This document shows, piece by piece, positions 51,387 to 64,000 of a stretch of 64,000 bases of DNA (its first letter is position 1; each line of letters opens with the position of its first letter). The notes beneath the pieces were generated by a model. The model was not told the origin of the DNA. It worked only from the letters and a program-made list of their open reading frames with translations, and did no database searches. The translations under genes were made by a program, and so were the position numbers. The stretch is from positions 7,564,001 to 7,628,000 of the forward strand of contig JBHGNT010000002.1 of NCBI GenBank assembly GCA_043228905.1. Direction: 5' to 3'. This stretch comes from Azolla caroliniana. Lineage: Eukaryota > Plantae > Polypodiophyta.

Positions 51387-54300
51387 ATGAATACTCAAAT
51401 GGGGAGCGCTCTCCCTAGCGAGAAGTTGGATCGCAACAACTTTGCATCTTGGGAGTACAAGATGCACCAATACCTTGTCGGCCAAGGCTATTGGAGCTAC
51501 ATCAAAGGAGTATAAGAAAATCGGCCCAACCCGGAAGACGCTGACTATGCAACGTGGGAGCAAGCGGCAATCCGAGTGATGTATTGCTTGGCGACATGTG
51601 TTCAGGACCACATGCTCGGGTACATTTGAGAAGCCAAGACGCCGAAGGAAGCGTGGGAGAATCTACGAAAGATTTTCGCCGCCAACACGACCGCGAGAAA
51701 GCTTCAACTCCGCCAAGAGTTGAATAATATCCAACAAAGGGATATGTCCGTCACAAGCTACACTTTGAAGATCAAGGAGCTTTGCAACTCGCTCGGCTCG
51801 ATAAGCATAAACGTGGAGGATGACAAGATGGTGCAAATATGCCTCGGCGGCCTTGCACCACGGTTCAGCGCAATGCAGACCGCCATACTAGCACGGGAGA
51901 ATCCGCCCTCCTTCTTCGACCTTCAATTCATGTTGTTGGTCAAAGAGAATCATGTTCGAACAAGGAACAACGGCTTGGAAGGCCAAGTGCTCTACACGCA
52001 TTCGGACGGAGGAAGAGGATGCGATCGTGCAAGAAGAGGCCGATTCGGCCAAGGACGTGGCAGACGAGGCGGACAAGGCCCGATTTACGAAAACAACTCG
52101 CAATTTCGGCATCAAGACGGAAGCCATCGAGGAACCTTCGGAAGAAGGGGGAGCTTCCATTCCGGTCCGAACCGACAAAGCTCGGTCGAATGCGGATATT
52201 GCGGAAAAATAGGTCACCACGAAGAAGAATGCCGTGAGAAGATATGCAAGTCGGCTTACACTAGCCGACAACTCACCAACTACGCCATCAACTCCGACTA
52301 TGACGATCGCGGCGGAATGTTCGTGATGAGACATAGAGCGAATTCTATGTCGGCCTCTACTTCTACTAGTGCCTCCGGTCCACAAGACGTATGGTTCGTC
52401 GATTCCGGTGCCTCGAAACATATGACGTCGAATCAAGAATGGTTCTGAGAACTTCGAGAGCCGGACCACCCGGTTATGTCGAAACCGGAGATGACACTAC
52501 ACACCCGATTCGGCACATCGGCAATGTTCCGTTCGGAGAAGAAGGTAAGCAAACGTATATTAAAAATGTCTTGCATGTACCAACTATCACGAAGAATTTG
52601 GTCTCCATCGGCCAAATTATAGAGCAAGGAATGCAAGTATGATGTAATCAAGGCGGTTGCTTCATCGAAAAAGAGGGCCGACTCATTGCTCACGGACGGA
52701 GAGAGGGCCGAATGTTCATTCTTGACTCACACGAGATGAAATCGGCCATGTTCGCAAAAGGCACGAAAGTCGAGTCCGACATAGAGTTATGGCACAAGCG
52801 GATTGGCCATATCAACCTTCAAAAGCTCAAGGCAATGCAATCGAAAGGAGTCGTCATCGAGCTCCCGACATTCACGGAGAAAGAGATTGAAGGCGTGTGT
52901 GCCACTTGCCAATTCGGCAAGCAACATTGGCACCCATTTCCGAAGGAGCGGAACGTGAGCAAAGGCGTACTCGACGTAATTCATGCCGATGTATGGGGTC
53001 CGGCTCAGATGACGACATTCAGCGGATGCCGGTACTACGTGACCTTCATCAACGACTTCTCTAGGCACACTTGGATCTACCCGATGCGGCAAAAGAGCGA
53101 AGTGTTCGGACACTTCCAAAAATTCAAGAATGAAGTCGAGAAAGCCACTGGCCGACATGTACGATGTCTTCGGTCGGATGGAGGCAAGGAATATTTCTCG
53201 GATGAGTGTATGACGTTTCTACGGAAAGAAGGAATATGGCGAGAGTTTTTGTGTCGACATACGCCACAACAAAACGGAGTGGCCGAATGCAAGAATCGGC
53301 ACATCCTTGAAGGGGCCTGGGCTATGCTTAACGAAAAGCACATGCCGAAATTGTACTGGGCAAAAGCAGCTAACACGGCCATATACGTCATGAATCGGTG
53401 TACGACATCCGGCGTGCATGAGCTCACGCCGCACGAAAGGTTTTTCGGAAAGAAGTCGGATCTATCACACGTCCGGATATTCAGCTCCATTGCGTATGTG
53501 CACATCCCTGACGAAAAGCGACAAAAGCTCGACCCGAAACCGGAGAAATGTATCCTCATCGGATACTTACTGGAGCAAAAGGGGTACAAGTGCTATAACC
53601 CCTCGACTCGAAAAGTTCGCGTAAGTCGTGATGTTGTTTTCGACGAGTCCGCATCTTGGTACACACTAGAGACAACTTCAACTCCGATTCCGCTCGACCT
53701 GGAATCCCCCGAGCAAGAGATAGAGGATGAAGATTGCTTTACGTGCATGTTCACAGAAAGTCCGATCACGACCCGACTGAGCGGACCACAAGAGCCTTTG
53801 AACGATCAAAGCACATCTCGACCAAGTTCGAAGTTGGACAAAGGGAAGGCCAAAATGCTGGAGTTTGAAGACGCTCATTTCGATGGCAACAAATCGACTC
53901 ACTCCCTCGATAGTGAGTTCGAAGGCCTTGACATCTGGACAAATGGAGTGAAGAAAGCCTTAGAATCCGCAAACAAGAAGCTACGCCGATCCACTCGTGA
54001 AAAGAACCCTGTAAGCCGCTTCGGCTACGATGAGTATATGGCATACCATTACGCCTTTAAGATGAAGGTCGCACAAGTACGAGAGCCGGAAACCTTTTCC
54101 GAAGCTGTGAAGGACCCGCGATGGATCGAAGCAATGAATGAGGAGATGCGTGCACTACGCAAGAACGACACATGGGATATCGTTGCCCACTCACCGCATA
54201 GGAAGGCGATCAGATGTAGATGGATCTACAAGGTGAAGTATAATGCCGATGGCTCCGTCAACCGCTACAAAGCTCGACTCGTAGCGAAAGGATATGCACA

Positions 54301-55746
54301 AACACATGGCGTCAACTACGAAGAGACCTTTGCCTCGGTGGCAAAGATGACGACAGTGTGGACCGTGATCGCACTTGCAGCAACAAAAGGGTGGCACCTC
54401 CACCAAATGGACGTCAAGAACGCCTTTCTTCAAGGTGAATTAGACGAGGAGGTGTACATGGTACAACCACCCGACTTCGAATCGCGCATTCATCCAAAAG
54501 CTGTATTCCAACTCAAGAAGCCTCCCTACGGCCTTAAGCAAGCACCGTGTGCTTGGCATTCGAAGATTACGCAATATCTTCATCAAATCGGCTTTCGAAT
54601 GTCGAAATCCGACAACTCCCTCTACGTACGACACAACTCTAGAAGCTTAATTGTTATCATCCTATACGTGGATGATCTGGTCATTGGAGGTGGAAGTCTA
54701 GTCGACATCAACAAGGTCAAGTCCCTCCTCTCCGGAAAATTCAAGATGACGGACATGAAGGAGCTCCATTACTTCCTTGGCATCGAAGTAATTTGGATTC
54801 CGACCGGCATTATGATCTCTCAATGGCACTACATTCTCAACTTATTATACAAGTTCCGGATGACTGAGTACAAATCGGTCGCTACACCTCTCGATCGAAA
54901 CCTCAAACTAGATGCTGACTCCGGCACAGACGAGTGCGAGCCGACCCAATATCGTCAACTGATCAGGAGCCTCATCTATCTCACAATCACTTGACCCGAC
55001 CTTAGCTATCCAGTCGGACTCCTCAGCCAATTCATGCAAAAACCACGCACATTCACTTGGATTGCGCTAAGCGAGTATTACAATACGTGAGCGACACAAT
55101 GGATTATGGCGTTCTCTACGCATCGGCCACACCAATACGACTCGAAGGGTACACAGACGCAGACTGGGTAGGCTACAAAGCTGATCGACAATCGACCTCC
55201 GGATTTGTCTTCTCGCTCGGTAGCGGAGCAATATCTTGGAGTAGTAAGAAGCAACCTACTGTCGCACTTTCGAGTATGGAGGCCGAATACAGGGGCGCAA
55301 CCGTAGTTGCATGTGAAGCCGTATGGCTCAAGAGGATTTTGAAGGATCTGGGCGTTCCCATCAAGGATTTGACTCCCATTTACTACGACAATATGAGTAG
55401 TATATATCTGGCTTGGAACCTGGTGTTCCACGCATGCACAAAGCACATCGAAGTGCACTATCACTTCATTCAAGAGCCCGTACAAGCCGGAGATGTCGAC
55501 CTTCAACACATTAACACGAATCTTCAGACGGCCGACATCTTCACCAAAGCTTTAGGAGCCGACAAGCTTCGGAAATTCATGTCAGACCTTGGATTGACGA
55601 TCCCTGACTTGCCAGACTTGAGGGGGAGTACAAGCGAGAACCGGATACTGTCCGAACTGCGTACGAGCCGAAGCGGGCACCGGAGATCGTCTGAACCGGA
55701 TACCAACCGAAGTGGACATCAATCGAAAGGAACTAACCTGAGTTGA
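51387..55746 (+). pseudogene. Copia gag-pol with a few stops and frameshifts (longest ORF 52712-54994)
   Basis: WHKRIGH, RSDGGKEY, PQQNGVAE, KARLVAKGY, QMDVKNAFL, YVDDL, DADW motifs. Confidence 0.93.
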
Positions 55747-56404
55747 GCTTGAGGGGGCGTGTTGAGAATCAAGCTCAACATAGCACAACGTGTGAACACA
55801 CATTTTGAGAATCTATGATTACTCAAAGGTCAAGAGTCACACCACTACTCTCTACACATTAACTATGTGTCATAGAATCATATTCTATGACACATAACTA
55901 ATGAGTTACATATTCCCCATGATTATGAGTCTTCACATTCCCCAAGAGAGAGAGTGGTTGTTGTAAGTTAATGAAGAGAGAGGGTGACTCTATATAAAGC
56001 ACCCTCCTCATACTGCATACTAAGTCGGTTGTGGCTCCTTGTAATGCTACAATTTTGTATATCCATTCTACTTGTGAAATATACTTCTTCTTCTTCTTCT
56101 TGTGAAATATATCTATCTTGTGTTCTCTCATCTCTCCTCTAATTCCTCTCACACATACACATAACACACATCTCTTCCGCTACACAAGAATCATACCCGA
56201 TTCTTTACAAGTAATGACCACCATGATGCTTGAATCTTTGTTTTCCCGTGCACCAATCCTTCATGCTCAATAAAATATTGCTTCATAGATATCCATGGTT
56301 GATCTTGTTGACATATATCTCGTAATAATGCAAATCTACGAGCCATCAAATGCATTTCCGCATACAATATTGTTGCACCACCTAACCTTTTGGGAGTAGC
56401 CAAA

Positions 56405-58200
56405 TGGGTGTCTTTGTCGGGTGTCTCGGGTCAATGTTTGTTTGTTGTTACCAATCAAGGAAACTAGAGTAAATGTATTGTAGGGAAATAGCCAACTCAA
56501 CATTGGGAGGTGGGGATGACATTGGGCTCACCATGGATTGGTTATCTCAAACTCCTTGATGTGTTGGTTCTTGCATTTGTTTAATATGAGGACAACCACT
56601 AGTTGTAGCTTGAGTGGGGTTTTGATTGTAACCCATGGTGAGACGAGGGTCACTCTTGTTGATCTTTGCATTGTGATTCGAGGAGCATGAGTCTTTGTTG
56701 GAGGTTAGCACAAGTTGTGGTCCTCTTAGAAAGTGTCGCTTTGGTGTCAGTGATTGTTAATTGTGCTTGTCCACTTTTCAAACTTAGTTGTGTCATTCAC
56801 AAGTCTATTTCTTTTTCGATCGTCATAAGTTCTTGAACTATCTCCCAATAGTGACTTTCAAGGCTTTGATGGTCCATTAGTGGACCTCAATGTATCAATG
56901 TGACTTTGGGAGGTGTGTTACATATGAGGTTGTTGACGACATTCATATTTGGTACTTCTCCAGGTGTCAACCATCCTCTAGATTGATGAGTGGGTTTATA
57001 AACATGCTAGCCTCAACACTGATTAGTTCCAAGCATTTCTTGTGCATGAATTTTTTATAGAATTGAAGGCTCACTAGATCAAAGGCTCCTCTTTTGTGAC
57101 AATCAATCTTCTTGAAACAGATTTTTTGCACGTGAATTTGAAAAGGCACCAATGAGGAATAAATTTTCATTTAAAAAAAAAGAAAGCTCGGTTGTTAGTG
57201 CAAAAGATTAGTAGTAACCCCATGTTTAACATGGAAACTAAAATTTCGAAAAATCTAGGGTGGAAAAAAGATAAAAATTTGTTAAATGAGATGATTAGGT
57301 GGCTAACTTTTGGGTGAGTTACGTGGGATGCTAATACACGAAAGCTAAACACAAAAAATTGAAAAGAAAATAAGGATTAATACAACTTAACTAAAAAATG
57401 GAAAATAATAGCCTTACCCATGTTGATTTTTTCCATTATTAACAAAGTTAGGTTTGGGAGCTTTTAGAAAGTTTGCTATAGCTTCAAGCATTAGTCTTAT
57501 CCCCGGTAGCAACACCAAATAGATGTGTGGTTTTCATGTGCACGACATCAGAACACATCTATGAATTGATGGAGTTCTTCGTCCATGTTGATATCATTGA
57601 ACCAAAGGATCCGGATTTGAATTTACCATGTAGGTAGGGAATCAAGGAGAGGTGGTTGTTAATCACTGCCAAGAACTTTGTAACCACAACTTGCCAGTGA
57701 TTACACTCGTTCTTTCACGTTAACTCTCTTCCTTAATAGATGATAGATAATTAAACAATGTAAACATAAGATGATTAAGAAACAAAACACACCACTTTTA
57801 TTATTAAAAGAGTGTACCACATATATACACGAGTTAGAGTGATTTGGGTTTGATTAATTAACACTTAACCTTAATCACACATAAGATATAATGAAAGATT
57901 GAGATGAAAGAGTAAGAGCTCTAATACAACTAAGTGAAAGGAGAAAACCCAAGAAAGGAGAGAGCTACAAAAGTCACTAAAAACAATTTCACTTTCACGT
58001 TCACAAGTGGAAGGATCACACAGAAATGGAAGGATAAGGAATATTCCATCTCATTTTGGGGTTTATATACCCATTTCACAAAACACAATGATACTAGTAT
58101 CGCGTGTTCTCTAAAATTTGTTGGAAAAGCTTAAAAATCTACCATTTCATAAAGTTGGAAAGTCATACAATTTAGACTCTAATCCAAAAGTTACAAAGTT
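56405..58200 (-). mobile_element. Decayed Athila-like element 5' end (LTR, PBS, gag remnant)
   Basis: CCCCGGTAGCAACACCAAATAGATGTG at ~57501-57528 mirrors the PBS/LTR junction at 14192-14218. Boundaries approximate. Confidence 0.55.
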
Positions 58201-59139
58201 TATTTTCTTGGAAAAACAAGAAGTAATGTTTTTTATAACAAACAATCTTCATACAAAGCGACATATTTCAAAACATAACCTTTATGTTATTTGATTATTA
58301 CAAACATAATTTGATTACAATTGATACCAAAATTACATTCAAGAGTTTAGGGTTTACAAAAATCACTCCTTTCATGATCTAGAATTGCTACTATAGCGAA
58401 TATACAAGACTGATTGTTCCATGTAATCTTTAGATGTACATATTAAAGCATTTTCTCCATCTAAAACCAAATGGTGTGATTCAAAATTATGTGTTGACTT
58501 CACCTTCGACTTGAGACCCCTTGTAGAATTAGTAATTTCTCCTTTATTATATCTAGTGTTGACTTCCATAAACATTCAGCTTTTGTTAGTGTAAAGTCGT
58601 AAACAATAACATCCACCTCACTAATGTCAAGGCATGATGTGTTACGAATGTTTCTTTTCCTCTTCCTATTTCCCCTTGACCTTGGACATTCCATCATCTC
58701 TAACGCATACTTCCTTGTAAATGGATTTTTGCCACTAGTGTTGTACCAGTGCACATTTATAGATTGGATTTGATTTTGGTTATCATGGATCACCACATCC
58801 AAAACCTTACCAATACAAAATTGGTGACCCAACTCATTATCATCAGCAAGTGTAGCAATGAATACCCCCACCTTAAGTTCTTGCAAGTCTCCGTGCCACC
58901 TAGCTTCAACTATTTTTATCATTATTGGTCCAACATAAATGTCTCTTTGTTGTGGATGGAGCAAGCTATCATTAATTGCATTAGGTGCAAGAAGAGGAGT
59001 CTGAGAATCACGATAGTGTTGTATAGATCACATAAAGGGGATTCGCACGGTCCAGGTACCAAGGATACAATTATCAACAATTTCTTCTTTATCTTTAAAG
59101 AACACATCCCACCATGAGGTATCTTGTTCACCAGCATAC

Positions 59140-59950
59140 TTCTTTGCATTATCAATGTGCTTGCGTCACCAACAAGATGATTGGGTACTTTCAGTAACAA
59201 AGTTTTCCTACAATAATTCTCTCCATGCATCGACTGACGTCACTCCATTCTTTGAAAATTATGGTTTACATCGTCGGTTCAACATTTCCTTCCCTACCAC
59301 TTACATGAACCCTTCGGCGGAGTGTCAAGCCCTCATTTTTGGAGCTACATCACAATTTATCCTTGGAGCTTAGTCTCGCTAGTGAACGATACAAGAAGCA
59401 AGCTAATCACCATTGATCTGCCACTCCACACTTTGTCGTCAAAGATATGGTCTGGTTGTTACAACGACACATCTCTACTACCCGTCCACGCTCGAAATGT
59501 AATTACAAGATGTTGGGACCATTCCATATGGTCGAGCGCATCAATCCCATCACCTCCTGGTTGGCCCTTCCATCCCACTTCCAGATTCATGATGTTTTTC
59601 ATGTCTCCCTCCTCGAACCCCATTATGCTTCACAACTCCCGGGACACTAAGCCCCACCACCACCACCACTTGTGGAGTTGACGATAGGGGAGGAATACAA
59701 GGTCAACCAAATACTTCACTCGTGTTTGCACCATCAACACCTTCAATACCTTGTCTTGGAAGGGTTACCCCATGTTTGACGCCACATGGGAACCAACAAA
59801 GAATTTACAAAATACCCTAAAGATGGTCCAGGATTTTCATCTCCAGTATCCCCACAAAACTAGCAATCGGTTTGGGAAGGCAACGTAAAAAGAGGGATAA
59901 TGTCACATTCTAAACTCGAACCTTTGACCTTGTCACACACCTAGTACAAA
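59140..59950 (+). mobile_element. 3' fragment of a second chromovirus family (integrase tail, chromodomain, PPT, LTR start)
   Basis: LGPFHMV...IHDVFHVSLLEP; chromodomain remnant (ATWEP); AAAAAGAGGGATAA then TGTCAC at 59901. Confidence 0.8.
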
Positions 59951-59989
59951 GTGTTATGTTAGATAAACCATATGAAAACTCTTGAGTTA

Positions 59990-60071
59990 TGTTGATCGGA
60001 CAAGCTCAATTGGACCGTGATCGGTTGAGTAAGCCGGAGCCGGATTGGTATTCGGAACGGAGAACCGGATG
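59990..60071 (+). repeat. Short Copia LTR 5' fragment
   Basis: TGTTGATCGGACAAGCTCAA followed by sequence similar to the LTR at 18054-18145. Confidence 0.55.
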
Positions 60072-63000
60072 AGTATGCCGACATACTTCACGCATGACAA
60101 TTTCAACGGTTTCTTCACTGGATATTTCCTTAGTACATGGTAGGAAATGAGCCATCTTCGTATATCGATCTACTACTATTAAAATCGCATTGAATCCCTT
60201 AGAGACTGGAAGATCTGTGATGAAATCTAGAGCAATGGATTGCCACGGCTTGCTTGGAATTGGTAATGGTTCTAATAAACCATATGGATGATGCCTTGGC
60301 ATTTTTGCTCTGCAATATGTATCACAAGTCCAACCAAAATCTTCGACAAATTGTCACATACAGGGCCACCAGAATGATCGTTGTACTAAATCTAATGTTT
60401 TAGTACTACCAAAATGCCCAACTATATATGTGTCATGACAGTTTTGGACTACTTGACGGTGGCAAGAACCATTAGGAACATACAAGAGTTTCTTAAAGAA
60501 TAGTAATCCATCATGACATTCGAATTGTCACTAGTCCGTACCTGGTTGTTGCGATTGTGAACAAGATGCTCGAGAAGGATCAATTTGTGCTAGAATGACT
60601 TGGGCGAAAGCATCTGTGTTCAAGTCCTCATGTATGGTATCGATAACGTCAGAATCCAAGGGCGTGCCGAAGACCTGTGTTGCTTGCAGTCGTGCTGGTC
60701 CCAAGATTACTTGCTTTTGGTTATCGAAAGCTGGCTCGCCGGGACGCGGTGCTAGATACGAATGTCGTGATAATGCATCTGCCTTCCCTTGGTGCTTCCC
60801 CGGACGATATGTAATTTTGAATTTGAAATGCGTGAGGAATTGGGCCCACCGAGTTTGACGTCGATTTAACACACGAGCACTTTGAAAGTAGGCAAGGTTT
60901 TTGTGATCACTGAATACGGTGACTTGATGAGAGGATCCCTCTAGAAAATGCATCCATTGCGTAAACGAGTCCACTATTGCTAATAGCTCCTTATCATGAA
61001 TTTCATAGTTGATTTTGGCGGCGTCAAACTTGCGTGAGTGGAAAGCCACAGGATGTAGCTTTTCATCATTACCTTGTTGTGAAAGAATGCTACCCAATGT
61101 GAAATCCGACGCGTTCGCTTCCATGATAAATGGTTTTTCCGGATCAACGTGAGCTAGAATAGGAGACAATGTAAATTCCTTCTTAAGATTCTCAAAAGCC
61201 ATGTCCGCTTCTTCAAACCAAACAAATGATTGTCCCTTCTTAGTAAGTTGTGTGAGAGGCAGAACAAGCCTAAAAAGCATTGCACATCTCGCAACGAACG
61301 CGGAGTTTGCCACTCTAACACCGTTCTGACCTTAGCTGGATCCATGGAGATGCCTTCCGAGGAGATGACATAGCCTAGAAATATTACCTGGTTGCACCCA
61401 AAACTACATTTTTCCAGCTTTGCATAAAGACCATGTTCTCGAAGTCATTTTAGTACTAATAGTACATGAGAATCATGCTATTCTTGGGTTTTCGAATAAA
61501 CTAGTAGATCATCCAAATAGATGATCAAACAAATATCCAAGAGATCTCGGAAGATATCATTTGCCATGTGGTGGAAGACTCATGGTGCATTAGTGAGGCC
61601 AAACAGCATGATCGTATACTCGAAGTGCCTATATCAGGTGCAAAACACAATCTTCCATTCATCTCCTGGTCGGATCCGTACGAGGTTATATGCTCCCCGT
61701 AAGTCGATCTTCGTGAAGAACCTTGCACCATTGATCCGTTCTACAAGACTTGAGATAAGGGGAAGTGCATACCTATTTCTGATGGTGACCTTAGTCAAGC
61801 CATGATAATCTACAATGAGATGAAGTGATCCATCCTTTTTCTTGACAAAGAAAATGGGTGCGCCGGCTAGAGATTTCGAATGCCGAATGAAACCATTTTC
61901 CAAATTCTCCTCTATATAGGCTTGAAGGACTTCTAGCTTGGTTGGTGACAAATTGTAGATCGGTCCCCATGGTGGCTCTTTTCCCGGTTGTAAACTGATG
62001 GGGCAATCATACGGTTGATGGTGAGGAAGCGTATTGGCTTGTACGTTATCGAACACATCGCCATAATGATGATACTTCTTTGGAAGTTGAATGGTGGACT
62101 CCTCTTTAGTGGTGTCGGAGGGTTTTACTGATATTGTGAAGAGAAACATTTCTTCCTTGCGTCCTTTTTCCCGCAATTGATGTAGCGAAATGATTGCAAT
62201 CTTATGAGTAGATCCTCAGGCTTGTCGATACTGGATTTCTCTTGTTCTCCAATCTATGTATGGGTTATTCGAACCATGGTAATCCTAAAATAATGGGATG
62301 TTCTAGATGATACTACACACGCTAGATTATCTAGGACAATATTAACGAGCACTGACTCTTCTATGCTATTTCCGGAAGCAATGGGACGACCATCAATGAC
62401 TACTATAGAGGCTGGACACGAGAGGTTTTTGGGAGATATTTGATGAGCTTGGGCAAACTTCCTATCCATGAAGCAAGAATTAGCTCCGGAATCTAGAAGT
62501 GCTAAGACATGTACTAGAGGGGTACTTTTAGTATTAACTCTTACTTGGGCTACAAACACATTGCCAACTTGCTTAGAGGGAATGGAACCACTAATAGGTT
62601 GCACAGATCTAGGGCTGTCCAACCAAACGGCTCCTATTTTGGCCGGACTTAGTGGTTTAACTCTTCTCCTAACTGACTAAGGACATCAAATTTGTTCGCT
62701 AGATTTGGGCTATTAGTACTATTAGGACTATGGGATATTCCTACTGAAATAGACTTGGGTTTAGTACAATTAGAACTAGCAACTATTTGGTTTACCTGTC
62801 TTCTTAGCCTATGGGGACAATTTACTACAATATGCCTGGGTCCACCGCAATAAAGACATAGTCTATTTGCTCGACGTCATTGCTTTTCTTCTTCCGATAA
62901 TGGTCTGCAACGACATGTAGTGTCAATCTCCATCGGAGTCGGAGTATTCGGTGGAGACGCATTATATGACTCCCTCGGAAAAGGTTTCGCTACCACTGAG

Positions 63001-63887
63001 GCGTAGGTGGGGTCGGATCTTGCCCTCGGCATCTAGAATTGTCATTTTGAACGTCGTTCGAAAAGGCGGTTGTCGCATCTCACCGCGCGACTGATTGCTT
63101 CTATTAATGACTTTGGTTCTTCGGGGAAGGTCAAGAGTAAATCCTTGACATCGTTGCGTAAACCATAACGAAATTGCTCCATCAATGCTTGATCATCCCA
63201 AGGGATATCGGTGGCAAGTAGGCGGAAATCTACATCGTATGTGGAGGCTGAACGATCACCTTGGCGTAATCGTCGGATTTTGTTGATTGCTATCCTTATG
63301 TTATCAGTATCTCCAAAATAGGCTTTAAACTCACTTATAAATTCTTCAAAATTATTTCGTAATGGAGATTCCTTCAATAACAACATAGAAAACCATGCCA
63401 ATGCTGAGCCACTACGTAGAGTGCCTACTAGTCCCACTCGTGATGCATCAGTAGGATATTGAGAAGGATGCATTTGAATCACTAAACGTACCTAGCACAG
63501 AAAACCTCTAAAATGTGATCGGGTCGCATCAAATTTTGCAGGAAGACCGATCTTGGGTTCTTTGTGAATCCTTTGAGTGCTTGATCCTTGTTGTTATAGT
63601 GATACAATAGTCACTTCAAGTTGTTGTACACGTAACGTCAGCTCACCGTGTTGTTGTTTTTCCAACGCTATTTGTTGAAGATCCCCCAACAAACGGTGAT
63701 TTTCTTGTTCTAGTGCTACAAATTTCTCTTTTAAGCATTGGAGCTCCGAGAAAACATATTGGTATTCCTGAGCACTAATAGTTTCCATTTTACTAGGGAG
63801 GATAAGAGGATTAGTATGAAGGAAAAAAGGGGTAAGAAGATAAGGGAAACCGGAAAGAAGACCGGGAAAAAGGGGATATGTAAGAAG
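60072..63887 (-). mobile_element. Chromovirus copy D: gag-PR-RT-RH-partial integrase
   Basis: Homologous to copy C; LLDSGANSCF protease site intact; integrase truncated at ~60072. Confidence 0.92.
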
Positions 63888-64000
63888 TGTTGAGTGGCAA
63901 CCTCAACTAGATCCGGATCGGTTGAATAAGCCTGAGCCGGATCGGCATCCAGAAGGGCAAGCCGATGAGCTGGGGAGCTGGTTAGCTGGATCAAGCAGTA
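63888..64000 (+). repeat. Start of a Copia LTR inserted in the 5' UTR of copy D
   Basis: TGTTGAGTGGCAACCTCAACTAGATCCGGATCGG resembles the LTR at 18054. Confidence 0.7.

Larger units (their letters stand above)
45146..56209 (+). mobile_element. Full-length Ty1/Copia element; 5' LTR (45146-45387 + 51023-51214) split by a chromovirus; 3' LTR 55760-56209
   Basis: Perfect TSD AGTAA; PBS TGGTATCAGAG at 51215-51225; gag with CGYCGKIGHHEEEC, protease WFVDSGAS, then integrase-RT-RH order; PPT GAGGGGGCG. Confidence 0.96.

Noticed and set aside
51839-55509. Numerous antisense and alternative-frame ORFs over pol genes
   Set aside because: Shadow ORFs of retroelement coding sequence with no independent motifs.

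Overview
Eukaryotic land-plant genomic DNA. A non-seed plant such as a fern or lycophyte is inferred from the Tcn1-like chromoviruses and the gene style, but this is not proven. There is one apparently intact host gene: an 11-coding-exon ABCC/MRP transporter on the minus strand (33092-39997, 1384 aa by manual splicing, apparently lacking TMD0). Most of the rest is nested, largely decayed transposons. These include several copies of a Tf1/sushi/Tcn1-type chromovirus, three other Ty3/Gypsy elements, several Ty1/Copia elements (two with perfect 5-bp TSDs), solo LTRs, an L1 LINE relic and Mutator-like MITEs. The chromovirus family is the most interesting system. It combines a tRNA-independent self-priming PBS, a G_UUA_AAC -1 frameshift signal with a downstream stem, and an antisense tRNA-like (Pol III A/B box) module at the LTR 5' end. 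Also notable are an Athila-like element with a second aspartic protease after integrase, and Copia elements with duplicated PPTs enclosed in a conserved hairpin. Coordinates were read by eye; TE boundaries without a TSD are approximate.
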